In this document: positions 50,291 through 64,000 of the stretch, piece by piece
Numbering within the stretch: the stretch's first letter is position 1
Layout: each line of letters starts with the position of its first letter
NCBI GenBank assembly: GCA_031835245.2
Contig: JAVKOQ020000110.1
Location: forward strand, 1 to 64,000
Reading direction: 5' to 3'
DNA length: 64,000 bases
DNA from: Balamuthia mandrillaris
Taxonomy: Eukaryota
Notes under the pieces: generated by a model
What the model saw: the letters and a program-made list of their open reading frames with translations, nothing else
The model's database searches: none
What the model was told of the DNA's origin: nothing
Translations under genes and position numbers: made by a program

Positions 50291-53200
50291 TTACTTCTTT
50301 TTGGCACGAACCACAAAAAGAGCAGAACGAGATCTGCGCAGTTGTTTTTGTTGCTGTTGCGCGTTGGAGAGAACAGCAACGCAGGGATCACACACGCGAA
50401 CGGTGCAACGACCATGCGGAAGGCACGCCCTTGTGAAGGAACAGCCGCCGCAAACCAGTTTGCCACAATGACGGCAGTGATGTCTTTTATTTTTTCGTGT
50501 GTGTTTGGGAGATGTTAATGGAAGGACAACAGAAGGGAGGAAGGACGGGAGAAGAGAAAGAAACCTTCGACGAAGAGCACCAAAACTGCGATGGCAAGCG
50601 GAGCAAGAAGGGGAGGAGTGGTCAGGCATCCAAATGGGAGCGAATGTCTCTGTTGTTGTTCCTTTGGTGTCGTTTGTTTCTGCAACGGAGAGAGAGAAGC
50701 GAAAATGGTTAGCGCTATGGAGGAAGAGAAGGGTGAGAGATGAGAGAAGCAACGGAAAGTAAGAAAGTCGTTACTGCGTAATGCTTGAATGGCGTTTCGA
50801 ATGTCTTCCATCCATTCTTCACGATCCTCCGGTGAGTCTGGAATGAGAGTAAAAGACTTTTCGGGGCTGTACAATTGAAACGAATCTATAACACATATAA
50901 AGAAAAACAGTTTTAGTCCCTGAAAAAACGACAAAGCAGAGAAGAGAGGGAAGGACAGAATGAGTACATGGAGGAAAGAGAGTATCGGTGGAGCACGAAA
51001 GCGAGTTATTGCTGCTGGCAAACACATCCTCCACTCTGCATCCACTCAGGTGCAACATTCGCCGAAAGTGCTGCTTCCCTTTGGAGGCTTGACTGGTGTA
51101 TACCAATATGTCGTTGAACAGAAAGAACCAACGTTTCTTTGCTGTCGTCTTCCCAATCTTTCGTAGCTGTCCATCTCGAATGTAGACACGAATGACTTGT
51201 TTCTTTTCGTGAGAACAAGGCGAGGAAGGAAGAAGAACAAACGCGTCATGTTCTTTTTCCTGTTGATATTCTTGTTGAGAAGGAAAAGAAGGAGAAGATG
51301 GAGAAGAAGAAGTGTTCTTTCTTCTTTGAAACAGTTTGAGCGGAGAGAGAGAAGTATTGTTGGCAGAAGAAGAAGGAAGAGAAGGAGAATGAGAAGCAGA
51401 AGACGAAGAACAACATGACGATGAACCAGAAGAAGGTAGAGGAAAATCCTTAGGCGAAGGAGGAGGAGAAGAAAAAGCAGGAGAGGACGAGGAGAAACTG
51501 AGCAGAAAGGAAGGTTTACGATTGCGAGGTGGAGGTGGTGGTGCGCGTTTTTGAGGCTTTGGAAGAGCAGTAAGAGGCGAATAGGGAAACCAACGCGCAA
51601 TCGGTCGTGCAGGAGATGTAGTTGAGGTAATTGAAGAAGAATCCGAAGCATCTGAAGCAACAGAAGAAGCAGAAGAAGAAGAAGAAGAAGAAGAAGAAGA
51701 AGAAGAAGAAGAAGAAGAACAAGAAGAAGAAGAAGAAGAAGAAGAAGAAGAAGAAGAAGAACAAGAAAGAGGAGGGTAAGTGGAGTCGTAGGCTGAATTT
51801 GTTTCAGTGATAGTAGAATCAACGAAAGAAGCAGAAGAAGCAGAACAAGAAGAAGAAGAACAAGAAGAAGAAGAAGAGGAAGAGGAAGAGGAGGAAGAAC
51901 TAGAAGCAGAAACAGAAGAAGATGATGAAGAAGTAGCAGCAGAAGAGTCGTCTTCCTTCTCAAAGTAACTTTCACCCAATTGCAAAATTCGAGTGAGAGA
52001 AGGAGAAGAGCGAGAGCGACTCATGGAGGTCTTTCTTCGGTGTTGCGTTCTCGCGTCACCAATCCATCCTCCCTTATCACTTTGTCGCTGTTCTCGTCCT
52101 GTGTGATGACTTTGGCTTCGTTCGTTGCCGGTTTTAGGTCTTCTGCCGAGGTGCAATGAAGAGGTTTCTTTTCCAACGCTTTTCATCAAACGAATCGTGT
52201 TTAGTTGTTCCTTCTTTTCTGCACTCTTCCTTTCAGGCTTTTTTGCTTGTTTTGTTTGTTCCTCTGCTTCTTCTTCTTCTTCTTCTTCTTGTTGGATGCC
52301 TATAAACTGTTCTTCTTGCTCTTCTTGAAACGGGAAAGCATCGTAGAGAAGATCAAACTGAAGTTCTTTCGTGAACAGGGCTTGAATGGAAAGAATCTTC
52401 TCTTTGTTTAGTCTTTGTGCTGTCGATGATAGCGTCTTTACTATATTGCTTTCTTCATCCGTCTTTTTCTTCGTGTCTTTCTCTTCGTATTTGTTATTAT
52501 CATTATCATTTTTGTTGTCGTCCTCCATTTCGTTACGTTGGTGCAGCTGCTGCTGTTGTGGTTGTTGTTGAAGAGGTTTGAGGTCTTGTTGTTTGCGAGA
52601 GAAAGAAAGTGGTGAAGCAGCTGGAGGAGAAAGAAAAGGTAAGGGAGGAGAAGAGGAGAAAGTATTACTGCCCACCCTCTTGTGCTGATTGTGTTGAAGC
52701 AACCGAATGGACAAACGTTTGAGAGAAAGTTCTTTGGGGTCCTCTTTGCCTTGTCTCTCTCTTTCGATAAGGGGTTTTAGCCAGTTGTGTTGAAGTAAGG
52801 AAGCAGCTGAGGGCCTTAGTTTAGGGTCTTGTTGGAAGCAAAGCGTTAACCAGTCTCTGAGTTCCTGTTAAATTTTGTTAGCTAAGTTTAAAAGAACAGC
52901 GGAACAAATATGTAACATGGAAGAAAAGTGAAAGAGAGAGGAGAAGGGAAGCACCTCAGAAATGGAAGTTGGTAATGGAGGACACCCATTGTTGACCATG
53001 CTGTACATTGCCGAAATGGAGCCGTCATGGAAGTAAGGCGGATAACCTTCTAATAGCTCAATGACCGTACATCCTAACGACCTTTTTGTTGAACAAGAAA
53101 AAAGAATGCAGAGCGAACGGCAAAACGACAAAGAAGAAACAACAGAATAAAACGTGAATAAAATACATACAAATATAAGCAACGAAGCAGAACAACATAG

Positions 53201-54340
53201 AAAGAACAAAAACTTAAACAAACAAACCAAATATCAGCAGCAGTAGTAACTTTGCTTTCCAAAGTTATGGCTTCAGGAGCCATCCAAAAGGGAGAACCTT
53301 CCAGATTCATTTCCACCAAACTGTCATCTTTAGCTTCGTCATCTGAATTGATTGCTATAGAGTGCGGTCTTCCTCGTAGCGTTAAAGATATTCCAAAATC
53401 AGCTGCAAACGACGACGACAACAACAAACAAAAGAGACAACAATGGCATAAAATAAAAAATAAACATGTCAGTGCTATAGAGATAAGGAGAAAGAAGAAT
53501 GAAGAAAGAAAAGGAGAAAGGAGGTAGAAGAAAGAAAGAAAGAAGAAAGGAGAAGAGATACGAACCTAGTTTGATCTTGCCTTTCTTTGTCAATAGTATA
53601 TTTGCACATTTGATATCTCTGCACAATGAAGTTAGCCAAAGGTAAGAAAAAAAAAAGAAACAGAAACAGAAACAGAAACAGAAACAGAAACAGAAACAGA
53701 AACAGAAACAGAAACAGAAACAGAAACAGAAACAGAAACAGAAACAGAACAGAAACAGAAACAGAAACAGAACAGAAACAGAAACAGAAACAGAAACAGA
53801 AACAGAAACAGAAACAGAAACAGAAACAGAAACAGAAACAGAAACAGAAACAGAAACAGAAACAGAAACAGAAACAGAAACAGAAACAGAAACAGAAACA
53901 GAAACAGAAACAGAAACAGAAACAGAAAGAAAAAGAAAATGAAAATGAAAATGAAATGAAAGGAGAGAAAAACCTGTGAACAACGTTTCTGGAATGTAGA
54001 TAATGAAGACCATCTAATATCTGTTTTACATAACGGCCCACGAGAACTTCCGGAAACACGCCAAACCGTTGCAGAACCGAGTGCAGGGAACCGTTCTCCA
54101 TGTACTCCATCACAAAGTTCAAGGTGGAGGACGTGGGGACGAGGCCCAAATACTTTATAATGTTTTGATGGTTGAACGATTTGAGCAGTTCGGCTTCTTT
54201 CTTTTTTTGTAAAAAGGGTGAGTTGCGAGAGAGCAATGCGAAAGGAAGAGAGAAGAGACAACAGAGTAAAGAGAGCAAAGGAGAGAGAGAGAGAGAGAAA
54301 GAGAGAGAAACACAGCAGCAGAGAACAAGAGAAGCAAAGA

Positions 54341-54374
<34 letters not shown>

Positions 54375-54766
54375 AGAGAGACGAAAGAAAGAATATTACC
54401 ATTACAGAGGCCAAGTCCTCCTCGGTGATCTGTTTGGTGGAGACCTGTTTGATGGCAACAAAGCGGCCGGATTCCAAATGGATCGCTTTATACACAAGCC
54501 CAGAGGCTCCTTTGCCTATCACTTCTCCCAGTTGCTTTTAAAACAAAAACGAGGGCGTTAAAAGAACAAAGAAAGAAGAAGCAGAGAAGAAGAAGAAGAA
54601 GAAGAAGAAGAACAAGAAGAAGAAAGTCATCAAGAAACGAAGAGAAACAAACATAATCGCCCAACAGGTTGACTTTCTTCATCGCCGAGACATTCTCTTC
54701 GTGCAATTGTCGCAGCTTCCGTCCGATGTCACGACTCGCATGCGAGTCATGTTGTTTTTGTGCCAT
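50291..54766 (-). CDS. STE-group (Cdc7/SepA/MAP3K-epsilon-like) kinase with C-terminal PH and FYVE domains
   Basis: IGKGASGLVYKA, VAIK, HRDIKCANILL, DFG, GSPFWMAPE, CFQQDPKLRP in frame with a Ser-rich linker, then PH (RWFFLFNDILVY) and FYVE (WMPD..CSAC..RRHHCRHCG..C..C..RVCDPC). Confidence 0.88.
53655..53930. repeat. (AACAGA)n intronic microsatellite, about 45 copies
   Basis: Read directly from the sequence. Confidence 0.95.
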
Positions 54767-55054
54767 GCCTCCTTCCCCTCTTGGTGGTGGTGGTGGTTAT
54801 TTTTTTTTCTAAAAAACTGTTCACCTTTTTCTTTCGTTCTTTTCGATTCAAACAACAACAAAATAATAATATTAAATTTTTTTTCAAACGTTGATTTTTT
54901 TTTGTCGGCATTACATTGTCGACAAATAATACTCAACGAGGCTAAAATAGGAAAGGTAGATGGAGTTCTATTAGGCTAACTCTTAACACTTAAATAGCTA
55001 TAACTATATATCCAGATTCCAACGTAATAGGATCGATAATACCTATTAGGTGAG

Positions 55055-55190
55055 AGAGGAAGGAAGGAGAGGAAGGAAGGAGAGGAAGGAAGGAGAGGAA
55101 GGAAGGAGAGGAAGGAAGGAGAGGAAGGAAGGAGAGGAAGGAAGGAGAGGGAGAGGAAGGAAAGGAAGGAAGGAGAGGAAGGAAGGAAGG
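55055..55190. repeat. 13-bp (GAGAGGAAGGAAG)n polypurine array, intergenic
   Basis: Read directly from the sequence. Confidence 0.9.
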
Positions 55191-55416
55191 GGGAAAATGA
55201 AATGTGAAAGAGAGAAAAAAGAAACAAAATACAAACAAAAGTTTTTAAAAAAGGAAGGAAGGACAAAAAGGAAACAACAAAAGTGAGGTGGTCGGGTGTT
55301 GTTTCCACAAAAAAAGAGGGAATACTTTTTTTTTTCTCTGTGGAGCTGATGATGAACATGTTCGTGGCTGATGCAAACAAAGCGTTCCCCGGTGTGTTCA
55401 CCGCTTCCTTCTGCTT

Positions 55417-57803
<2,387 letters not shown>

Positions 57804-58505
57804 CTTTATGGCTTTCTTGCTTTCTCCGGGGGGCTTGAGATCAACAAAAAAGTTTTTCTCTCTGAAAAAAAGAAGAAGGAAAACAAAAGAGGAGAGAAGG
57901 AGAAGAGAAGGAGGAGAGGAGGAGGAGGAGGAGAGAGAGAGAAAGAGGTTAATAACACAGTCTCCTCGACAACCAGAAAAAAAAAGATATAAAGACGAGG
58001 ACAGAAGAAAAAGAGAAAAGAGGGAGTGGGGAGGAGTTTTTTGTTGTTTGGAATAAAGAACAAATAAAAAGCTCCGACTTTGTGCAAAGAACGAACGTAA
58101 CATAAACAAAAAATACATCCCCCACCCAAAAGAAACAAAATCCCCCAACAAAACCCAAAAACACGCATCATCCGTTTACTTCCGTTTGTCTCTGAAGGAC
58201 CATCACGAACGAAAAATCAAAAAAAAAAACGAACGAAAGGGGAGGCGAAAAAAAAAACCAAAGTTGATGGTCCTTCAGAGAGACAAACCAAATCAATCTG
58301 TTTTTTTTTAAAAAAAAAAGAAGAAGAAGGAAAAGAGATACAGAGAGAGAGAGCGAAGAAGAAGACTTCAAACCTTTTTGGTGTTTTACTCCGCTACTCT
58401 TTTTTTGTTTGTTGGCTTCGCTTTCACTTTCTCTCTCTTCTTTTCTATGGGGGGCGAAAAGGAAAAACAAAGAGAGTAAATTTATTTTTATTTTTTTGTT
58501 GGGGG

Positions 58506-58540
<35 letters not shown>

Positions 58541-58880
58541 GTTTTGGTTGGGCGGCAAATAAGGGAAGAGCGATGATAAGGTATTGCGGCCGAAAAAAAA
58601 AGAGTTGGACGGCGGGCAGAGTCGATCTGGAGCATCGAGGGTGATCAGCCAGGTCTACCAAAAAAAACAGGAGCGTTGTCGACAGGAGTCGAAATGGTAG
58701 CAGCAGAAAGAAAGAGAAAGCAGAGAGAGAGCAGAGAGAGAAGGGGAGGAGAGAGAAGCAGAGAAGGAGAGAGAGGACATTCAGTTTTTTGTTCTAACCT
58801 TTTTTTTCTTCTCAGCTTGATTCGATACACATTTGTAAAATCCAGATGAACAACCTCCCCGCAAAAAAAAGCACCACTCT

Positions 58881-60889
58881 TCAAAAGCTCGAAGACTTGT
58901 CGTCGTTGTACATAACCTCAATGGGCGGAATCGGTCTTCCTTTGAGCAAAGGGTGGATGACCTTTGGCCAAGCCGTTTCTCTCCATGACTCATCCCAACG
59001 CAGCGGCTCTGAAGCGGTGATGCTTTGTAGCCGTTGCTTATTGTATGGCCAATCTTTGAATATTTTCTACAGAAGAAGAAATGAGCGTCTGTAACAGGAA
59101 CAGAAGAAAAGGAGTTACAAAGGAAGAAGAAACGAACATAAAGTTGCTTTGCGAGCTGTAAACTGTCGTTGAAATGGAGGCCATTGCGTTTGTGTTGAAC
59201 TAGCTCATGTAAGCTAATTTTTTTTAAAAAAAACAAAGATATATTAGCCAAAACAGAGATAAAGCAAGACCATAAGATGGCGAGAGAGAAAGCGAGAAAC
59301 CATTTAAAGTGATAAGCCAAGACGGGCAATTCACAACCAAACATGTCGACCACCTTCATGGGCAGGTCAAGACCAGAGGAAGAAGTGTGGAGAGAAATGC
59401 CCAAATCGCAGCAACCAAGCAGCTTCGGGTAGTTCTCTGCGCTGAGCCACATGGTAAGGACGTGAGTATGACGGTATTGCCTCTCTCGTATGAGTTGTTT
59501 GTAGTAGTCTTTCATTGGTCCTTTGCCTAGTTTGATGCATTTGTTCATAAGAAAAGAGAAAAGAGGAAGAAGAAGATGAAGTACGGACCAGTGATAATAA
59601 AAATGAGAGGAGGAAAATCTTCGTTTGATTGTTCCAGCCACTCTTCGTACGTGTCTATTGCCTCCAAAAGTACTCCAAAGTCTTCATCTGGTGTCCAACT
59701 CGTTGAACTTATGATGAATGCTGGTCTCTACATTCCACAACCAGTTAGACATGAAAACAATGGACGGCACAAAGAAAATAAACAAAAGAATAAAAAGTAA
59801 ACAAAACAAAACATATTGGCAAGGCAACAGAAGTTGGTAATGAAAGTAAAAGTGAAAAAACTACCTGTTGCTTTGGGAGATACGTGTATTGCTTTGGTGA
59901 ACCTTCTTTCTCCTTGCCTTTGTCCTTGCGAACAGCAAAGAACGTGTTGGAAGGAGAAAGGCGCTCTCCAAGATCTGCAGCACATTCTCTAAACTCGCTC
60001 TGAAGCTCTACAAACAACTTTTGTTGGAGTGAAGAAGAAGAAGAAGAAGAAGAAGAAGAAGAAGAAGAAGAAGAAGAAGAAGAAGAAGAAGAATAAGAAT
60101 AAGAGTTAATAAACCTATTGAGTCCGGTAAAGAACTCAAAATAAAGAACTGGAACAAAGTGGAAGGGAATGGAAATGAACCTCGTGAGCTTCGCCAATAG
60201 AAAGTTTGCTGAAGAAAGATGGCGGCCGATCGTACAAAACCGTAGCACTTAAGGAAGAGAGAAGGGTGAGGCAGAGAAATTAAAAGAAAGAGGGCCGGGA
60301 GGATAGAAAGGTCATTAAAATGGCCTTCTTGTGTTGTTCCATACGAACCAAATACCCCAATTCTGATAAAGTTCCCGTTGCATCGCGGCCGAGACACAAA
60401 AGTTGGCATCGGCCAACTTCCCAAAGAAGTGCTCATACCTGAAGAAGAGTTCAAAGAAAACAGGTTGGCACAAACCAAAACAAATGAATGAACGAACAAA
60501 TGAGAAACAATATACCATTTGTACATCTTTACAACTTTGTGCCGAGGACCCATGTTCAATGCCAATATGCTGCAATGGAGAATTAAAAGGAGCTGAGAAG
60601 AAAGAAGAACAAGAGCAGGAGACCTACAGCAGTAAGAGAGAAGCAAGTAATATACCTATAACCAAAGTTGTGCCAGTCAATGACGAGCTTTGCTGAGCGA
60701 ATTTTACAGGCCAAGAAGGCAACTAGCAAAGCAGGTATAGCTGGTGGGTTCTTACATTTACAAGCACCAAGTGAGAAAACACGGTAAGAAGGAAGAAGGA
60801 AGAAAGGAAGAAGGAAGAACAAGAACAAGAACAACAAGAACAAGAACAAGAAGGAAGAGGAGGACGAAAGAACAAAGCGAAAGAAGTGG

Positions 60890-60933
<44 letters not shown>

Positions 60934-61316
60934 AATCAACCTGAACAAGAATAACGTCGGGCTTTTGAATGCCAAAGAAGAGGATCCACAACAACTGAAC
61001 GGCCAACAGGAGCAGTTTCAGAGGCGCATAGAAGAGAAAGAAGAGACGATAGAACGGCAGCTTTGGAAACGCCCATAAAAGATGTTGTGTAATATTTGGG
61101 TGAGACTCGATCTCTGGTCTTGCTCTTGTGCCTTTTTTTGGACGTTTAACAAGAAGAAGAAAAGGTGAAAAGACAAAAGCCCTGCAAACCTTTGTAACCG
61201 ATCAAGTCCACCAAGACATGGACGTCCTGCGTCTCAGCCAAGGAGTGAGCGTGATACTGCATGCGAGGGCTGCGCCCCACATCACCAAGAACCAACACGG
61301 CCACCCTCTTCACCAT
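58881..61316 (-). CDS. ALG1: Chitobiosyldiphosphodolichol beta-mannosyltransferase
   Basis: [67 protein letters not shown]. Confidence 0.96.
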
Positions 61317-61636
61317 TTCTCTCTCCCCCCACAAAGCGTGTGCAAACCAAAAAAAAAAGACACACTCAAAGCAACCAACAACAGCAATAAAAGGGCCTCC
61401 TCTCTAAAGCAAATCTTTGTCTGTTCTTCTTTCACTTCACTTCTTTCTGGATGTCTACAAAAAAGAAAATGGTCGACATGAACTATTTCCGGTCGACAAG
61501 GCTTCGATCAGTGAAAAAAGTTAATCTTGTCGACGTCTCGTCCTTCCCATAACTGATTTTTCATTGGCCGGCTTATCGCCTTCAAGTAGTGGCAGGAAGA
61601 CGGAACGCAAGGACAGGAAGGCCGTTGGGGTTGGAA

Positions 61637-61706
61637 CGCTACCGTGGTGGGGCAGGTATATGGACTGAACTTCTATCCGCTGGGGGTTCGACTCCCCTGT
61701 GTCCAA
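61637..61706 (+). ncRNA. tRNA-like RNA polymerase III element (pseudo-tRNA, SINE-like or novel ncRNA)
   Basis: A-box-like TGGTGGGGCAGG, a consensus B box GGTTCGACTCC within a T-arm (GGGGG-TTCGACT-CCCCT), and a downstream T-run. No convincing anticodon or acceptor stem. Confidence 0.45.
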
Positions 61707-62525
61707 CTCCTACTTCGATACCTTTCTTTCGTTTTTTTTTTACCTCTAATTGTTTTTTGCCGTAACAAAAAACAAACGATTAGAAAAGTGCATGAATGGA
61801 AGGATTTGTTGGCCAGGGTAATAATAATAACGAAAGAGAGCGATAATAGAGAGACCGCACCTTTTTTTTTTTGTTACAGCAAATGAACCAATTTGCTAGA
61901 AAACGGCATGAGACGACACATGCAAGACACCCGCTTTCTCCCCCTGCTTGTGAGCTGGGACCTGTCGGGATGAGTTTGATGGGCTCCTGGTGGGATTGTC
62001 AGCTTCCTTAATGCCGTGGTGCTGACATCCTCTGTTTCCTAAAACCACAAGATCTCCCAGGACGACTCGATTCATTCCTTTCCTACCACCGCATTATCTC
62101 CCAGGACGACCCGAATCGTAGATCAACCCCTACTACTACTTGAGGGAACCAGACAAAAAAAATAGAGAGAGAGAGGAGGCGAGCCCTTTTTTATTTTGCT
62201 GTGTGGTTTGGGTGGCCGCTTTGCTTCTCTCTTCTTCTTCTTTTTTTTTGCATGCGTGACAGCTCCTTGTGTTGTTCTCGGTAGCCGCCGGTACGCACGC
62301 ACGCACTTAACAACAACGACAAGCTTCCCCCTTGCTTCCACTTGAGCTTTTTTTTTTATTGGTTTTGCCGGTATTGTTTTTTTTTTCTCTCTCTCCTTTC
62401 TTTCCCGCTCCACTTTTGTTGATTATTTTTTTTTTAACAAATTCATCGCGTGATCTTTTTTTTTTTTGGGGTCGATGAGAAAACAGATTGAACCACGTGA
62501 AAAAAAAAACAACAGGGAAAAAAGA

Positions 62526-62844
62526 ATGACAACAAAGAAACGCAAGGCCGCCAGCATGTTGTCGGAGCAGCAGCACCAACAACAGGGCAGCGAGGAGGAG
62601 GAGCCACAACCACCACCAGAACGACCGCAGCCCCATAACCACCACACCCACAGCGACCAGAAGGAGAAGGAGAAGGAGAAGGAGGAGGCGAGAGGGACGG
62701 GGCGGTTCGCTGTCTCCCCGCTCCACTCCACGCTGACCGTCCCTGAGGACGAGCACGCCTTTAAAGCCCACTTGAACGAGTTTATGGAAGGGAGAGGGTA
62801 TAGTCTTTGTGTGTTTTGTTTTGTGTCGTCTCTCTCCTCTTTCT

Positions 62845-62879
<35 letters not shown>

Positions 62880-63624
62880 ACAAACCAAATATAAATAGAA
62901 CACCACTGGGACGAGTGCCTCAGCTCGGTCACCGAGAAGTGGACCTGTTCGTGCTCTATCGCGAAGTGGTGAAGCGGGGCGGCTTGGAGGCGGTCGTCAA
63001 GAACAAGTGCTGGAAGGAAATAGCCAGCGTGTTCCGCTTCCCAAAGACCTGCACCAATGCCGGCTACACCCTTCGCATACACTACCTGCGTTATCTCTAT
63101 GCCTATGAGCAACGCTTCTTCTTTGGCAATCTGGAGGAATGCTATGTCGATGACAATGCCTTTCTTCGCCCCAAACGCAGCTCTGCGAGGAGTTAGTCCC
63201 CTTTCCTTTCTTGGCTTCTGTTTTCCCACTTCTCTCGTCTCGTTCTTCTGTTCTTCTGTTCTCTTCTTTTTGCTCTCTTCTCACGTTTATCCTTTTTTTC
63301 TTCCCTAAAAACTATATAGTGGCTCAAGAGTCATCTACTTTGCCAACTTCCTCACCCGCTTCTTCTTCGTTGTACAATAACTATTCTGACATCCCAACTC
63401 GTCGCCGTAGCGCCATGCGACGAGGAACATTGGCTTCTCGAAACAGCTCATCCACCTCCCTTGGAGGTGGCAGCATCATGACTGGTCCCTCAACCATGAT
63501 GATGGGAAGCTTAAACGGCGCCGCTGGTCATTCTTTTGTTGATGCTGCCCCGCCCTCTCATCTTCAAGGTTTTTCTTTCTTGTTACTTCTTTCTTTGTTG
63601 ATTTCTTTCAAGCTCTTTGTTTTT

Positions 63625-63666
<42 letters not shown>

Positions 63667-64000
63667 TCTCTTCAAATAATAACGAATTGTTAACATCATT
63701 CAGACTATAATCGAACACCACTTCCGAAGACTTCACGAAGACTTCAAGAAGAGGCCCACAAGTACCCCAATCATCACCTCCACAAACTTTTGGTGCTCAG
63801 CCTGGAGGCCAAAGTGCCAAGACAAGTGAGATGGAGCCTCGACGTTCTCTCTGTTCTCTCCTACGAAGAGCAGCTCAACTTGAACTCTCCCGCTCTGTCG
63901 GGACTCATCGATGCTCTCTTGTCTCATTCCAGCAACTATTTCAAGCACTTTCTCTTTTGTTCCTCATCATCACCCGAAAACAATCACTATTCACCTTCTT
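62526..64000 (+). CDS. ARID-domain SWI/SNF subunit (ARID1/ARID2/Rsc9-like), runs off window end
   Basis: RVPQLGHREVDLFVLYREVVKRGGLEAV...WKEIA..F..PKTCTNAGYTLRIHYLRYLYAYE; later KLLVLSLEAKVPRQVRWSLDVLSVLS. Confidence 0.9.

Noticed and set aside
53399..54522. FC/SV/FL/RN dipeptide-repeat proteins
   Set aside because: Translations of the intronic (AACAGA)n microsatellite. The same applies to (GA)n, (GAGAGG)n and (GAA)n ORFs at 43750-44030 and 48184-48549.
61575..61706. tRNA-Sec or a canonical tRNA
   Set aside because: CTTCAA is not in a proper anticodon stem, and acceptor and anticodon arms do not pair.

Overview
Gene-dense eukaryotic nuclear DNA with many short GT-AG introns packed with microsatellites. 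The gene set (TKL-SH2 'Shk'-type kinase, ErkB/MAPK15, AGPS with C-terminal PTS1) suggests a free-living amoebozoan; this is inference, not identification. There are about 21 host genes: SH2 pseudokinase, Rab, RS-cyclophilin, two paralogous PPR proteins, a winged-helix/GATA-like/PHD-like protein, RhoGEF, SF3B5, PLAC8, YME2-like, two tri-ubiquitin loci, MAPK15, a secreted (YDGGDVS)n protein, HAAO, acyl-CoA oxidase, EngB GTPase, a myosin-converter/IQ-only protein, AGPS, a STE kinase-PH-FYVE, NDR kinase, ALG1 and an ARID protein. Two decayed mobile-element regions are also present. Most notable: (1) a ~3 kb element (~20.2-23.2 kb) with a spliced RAG1/Transib/Chapaev-like transposase remnant facing a second unknown gene tail-to-tail; (2) clear CpG-deamination footprints confined to the mobile elements; (3) a tri-ubiquitin precursor fused to an AN1 zinc finger; (4) a secreted ~60x heptapeptide Tyr/Gly/Asp repeat protein; (5) a recurrent GTCGAC promoter palindrome; (6) a Rab start codon apparently split by an intron. 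Exon boundaries were read by eye and no database searches were run.
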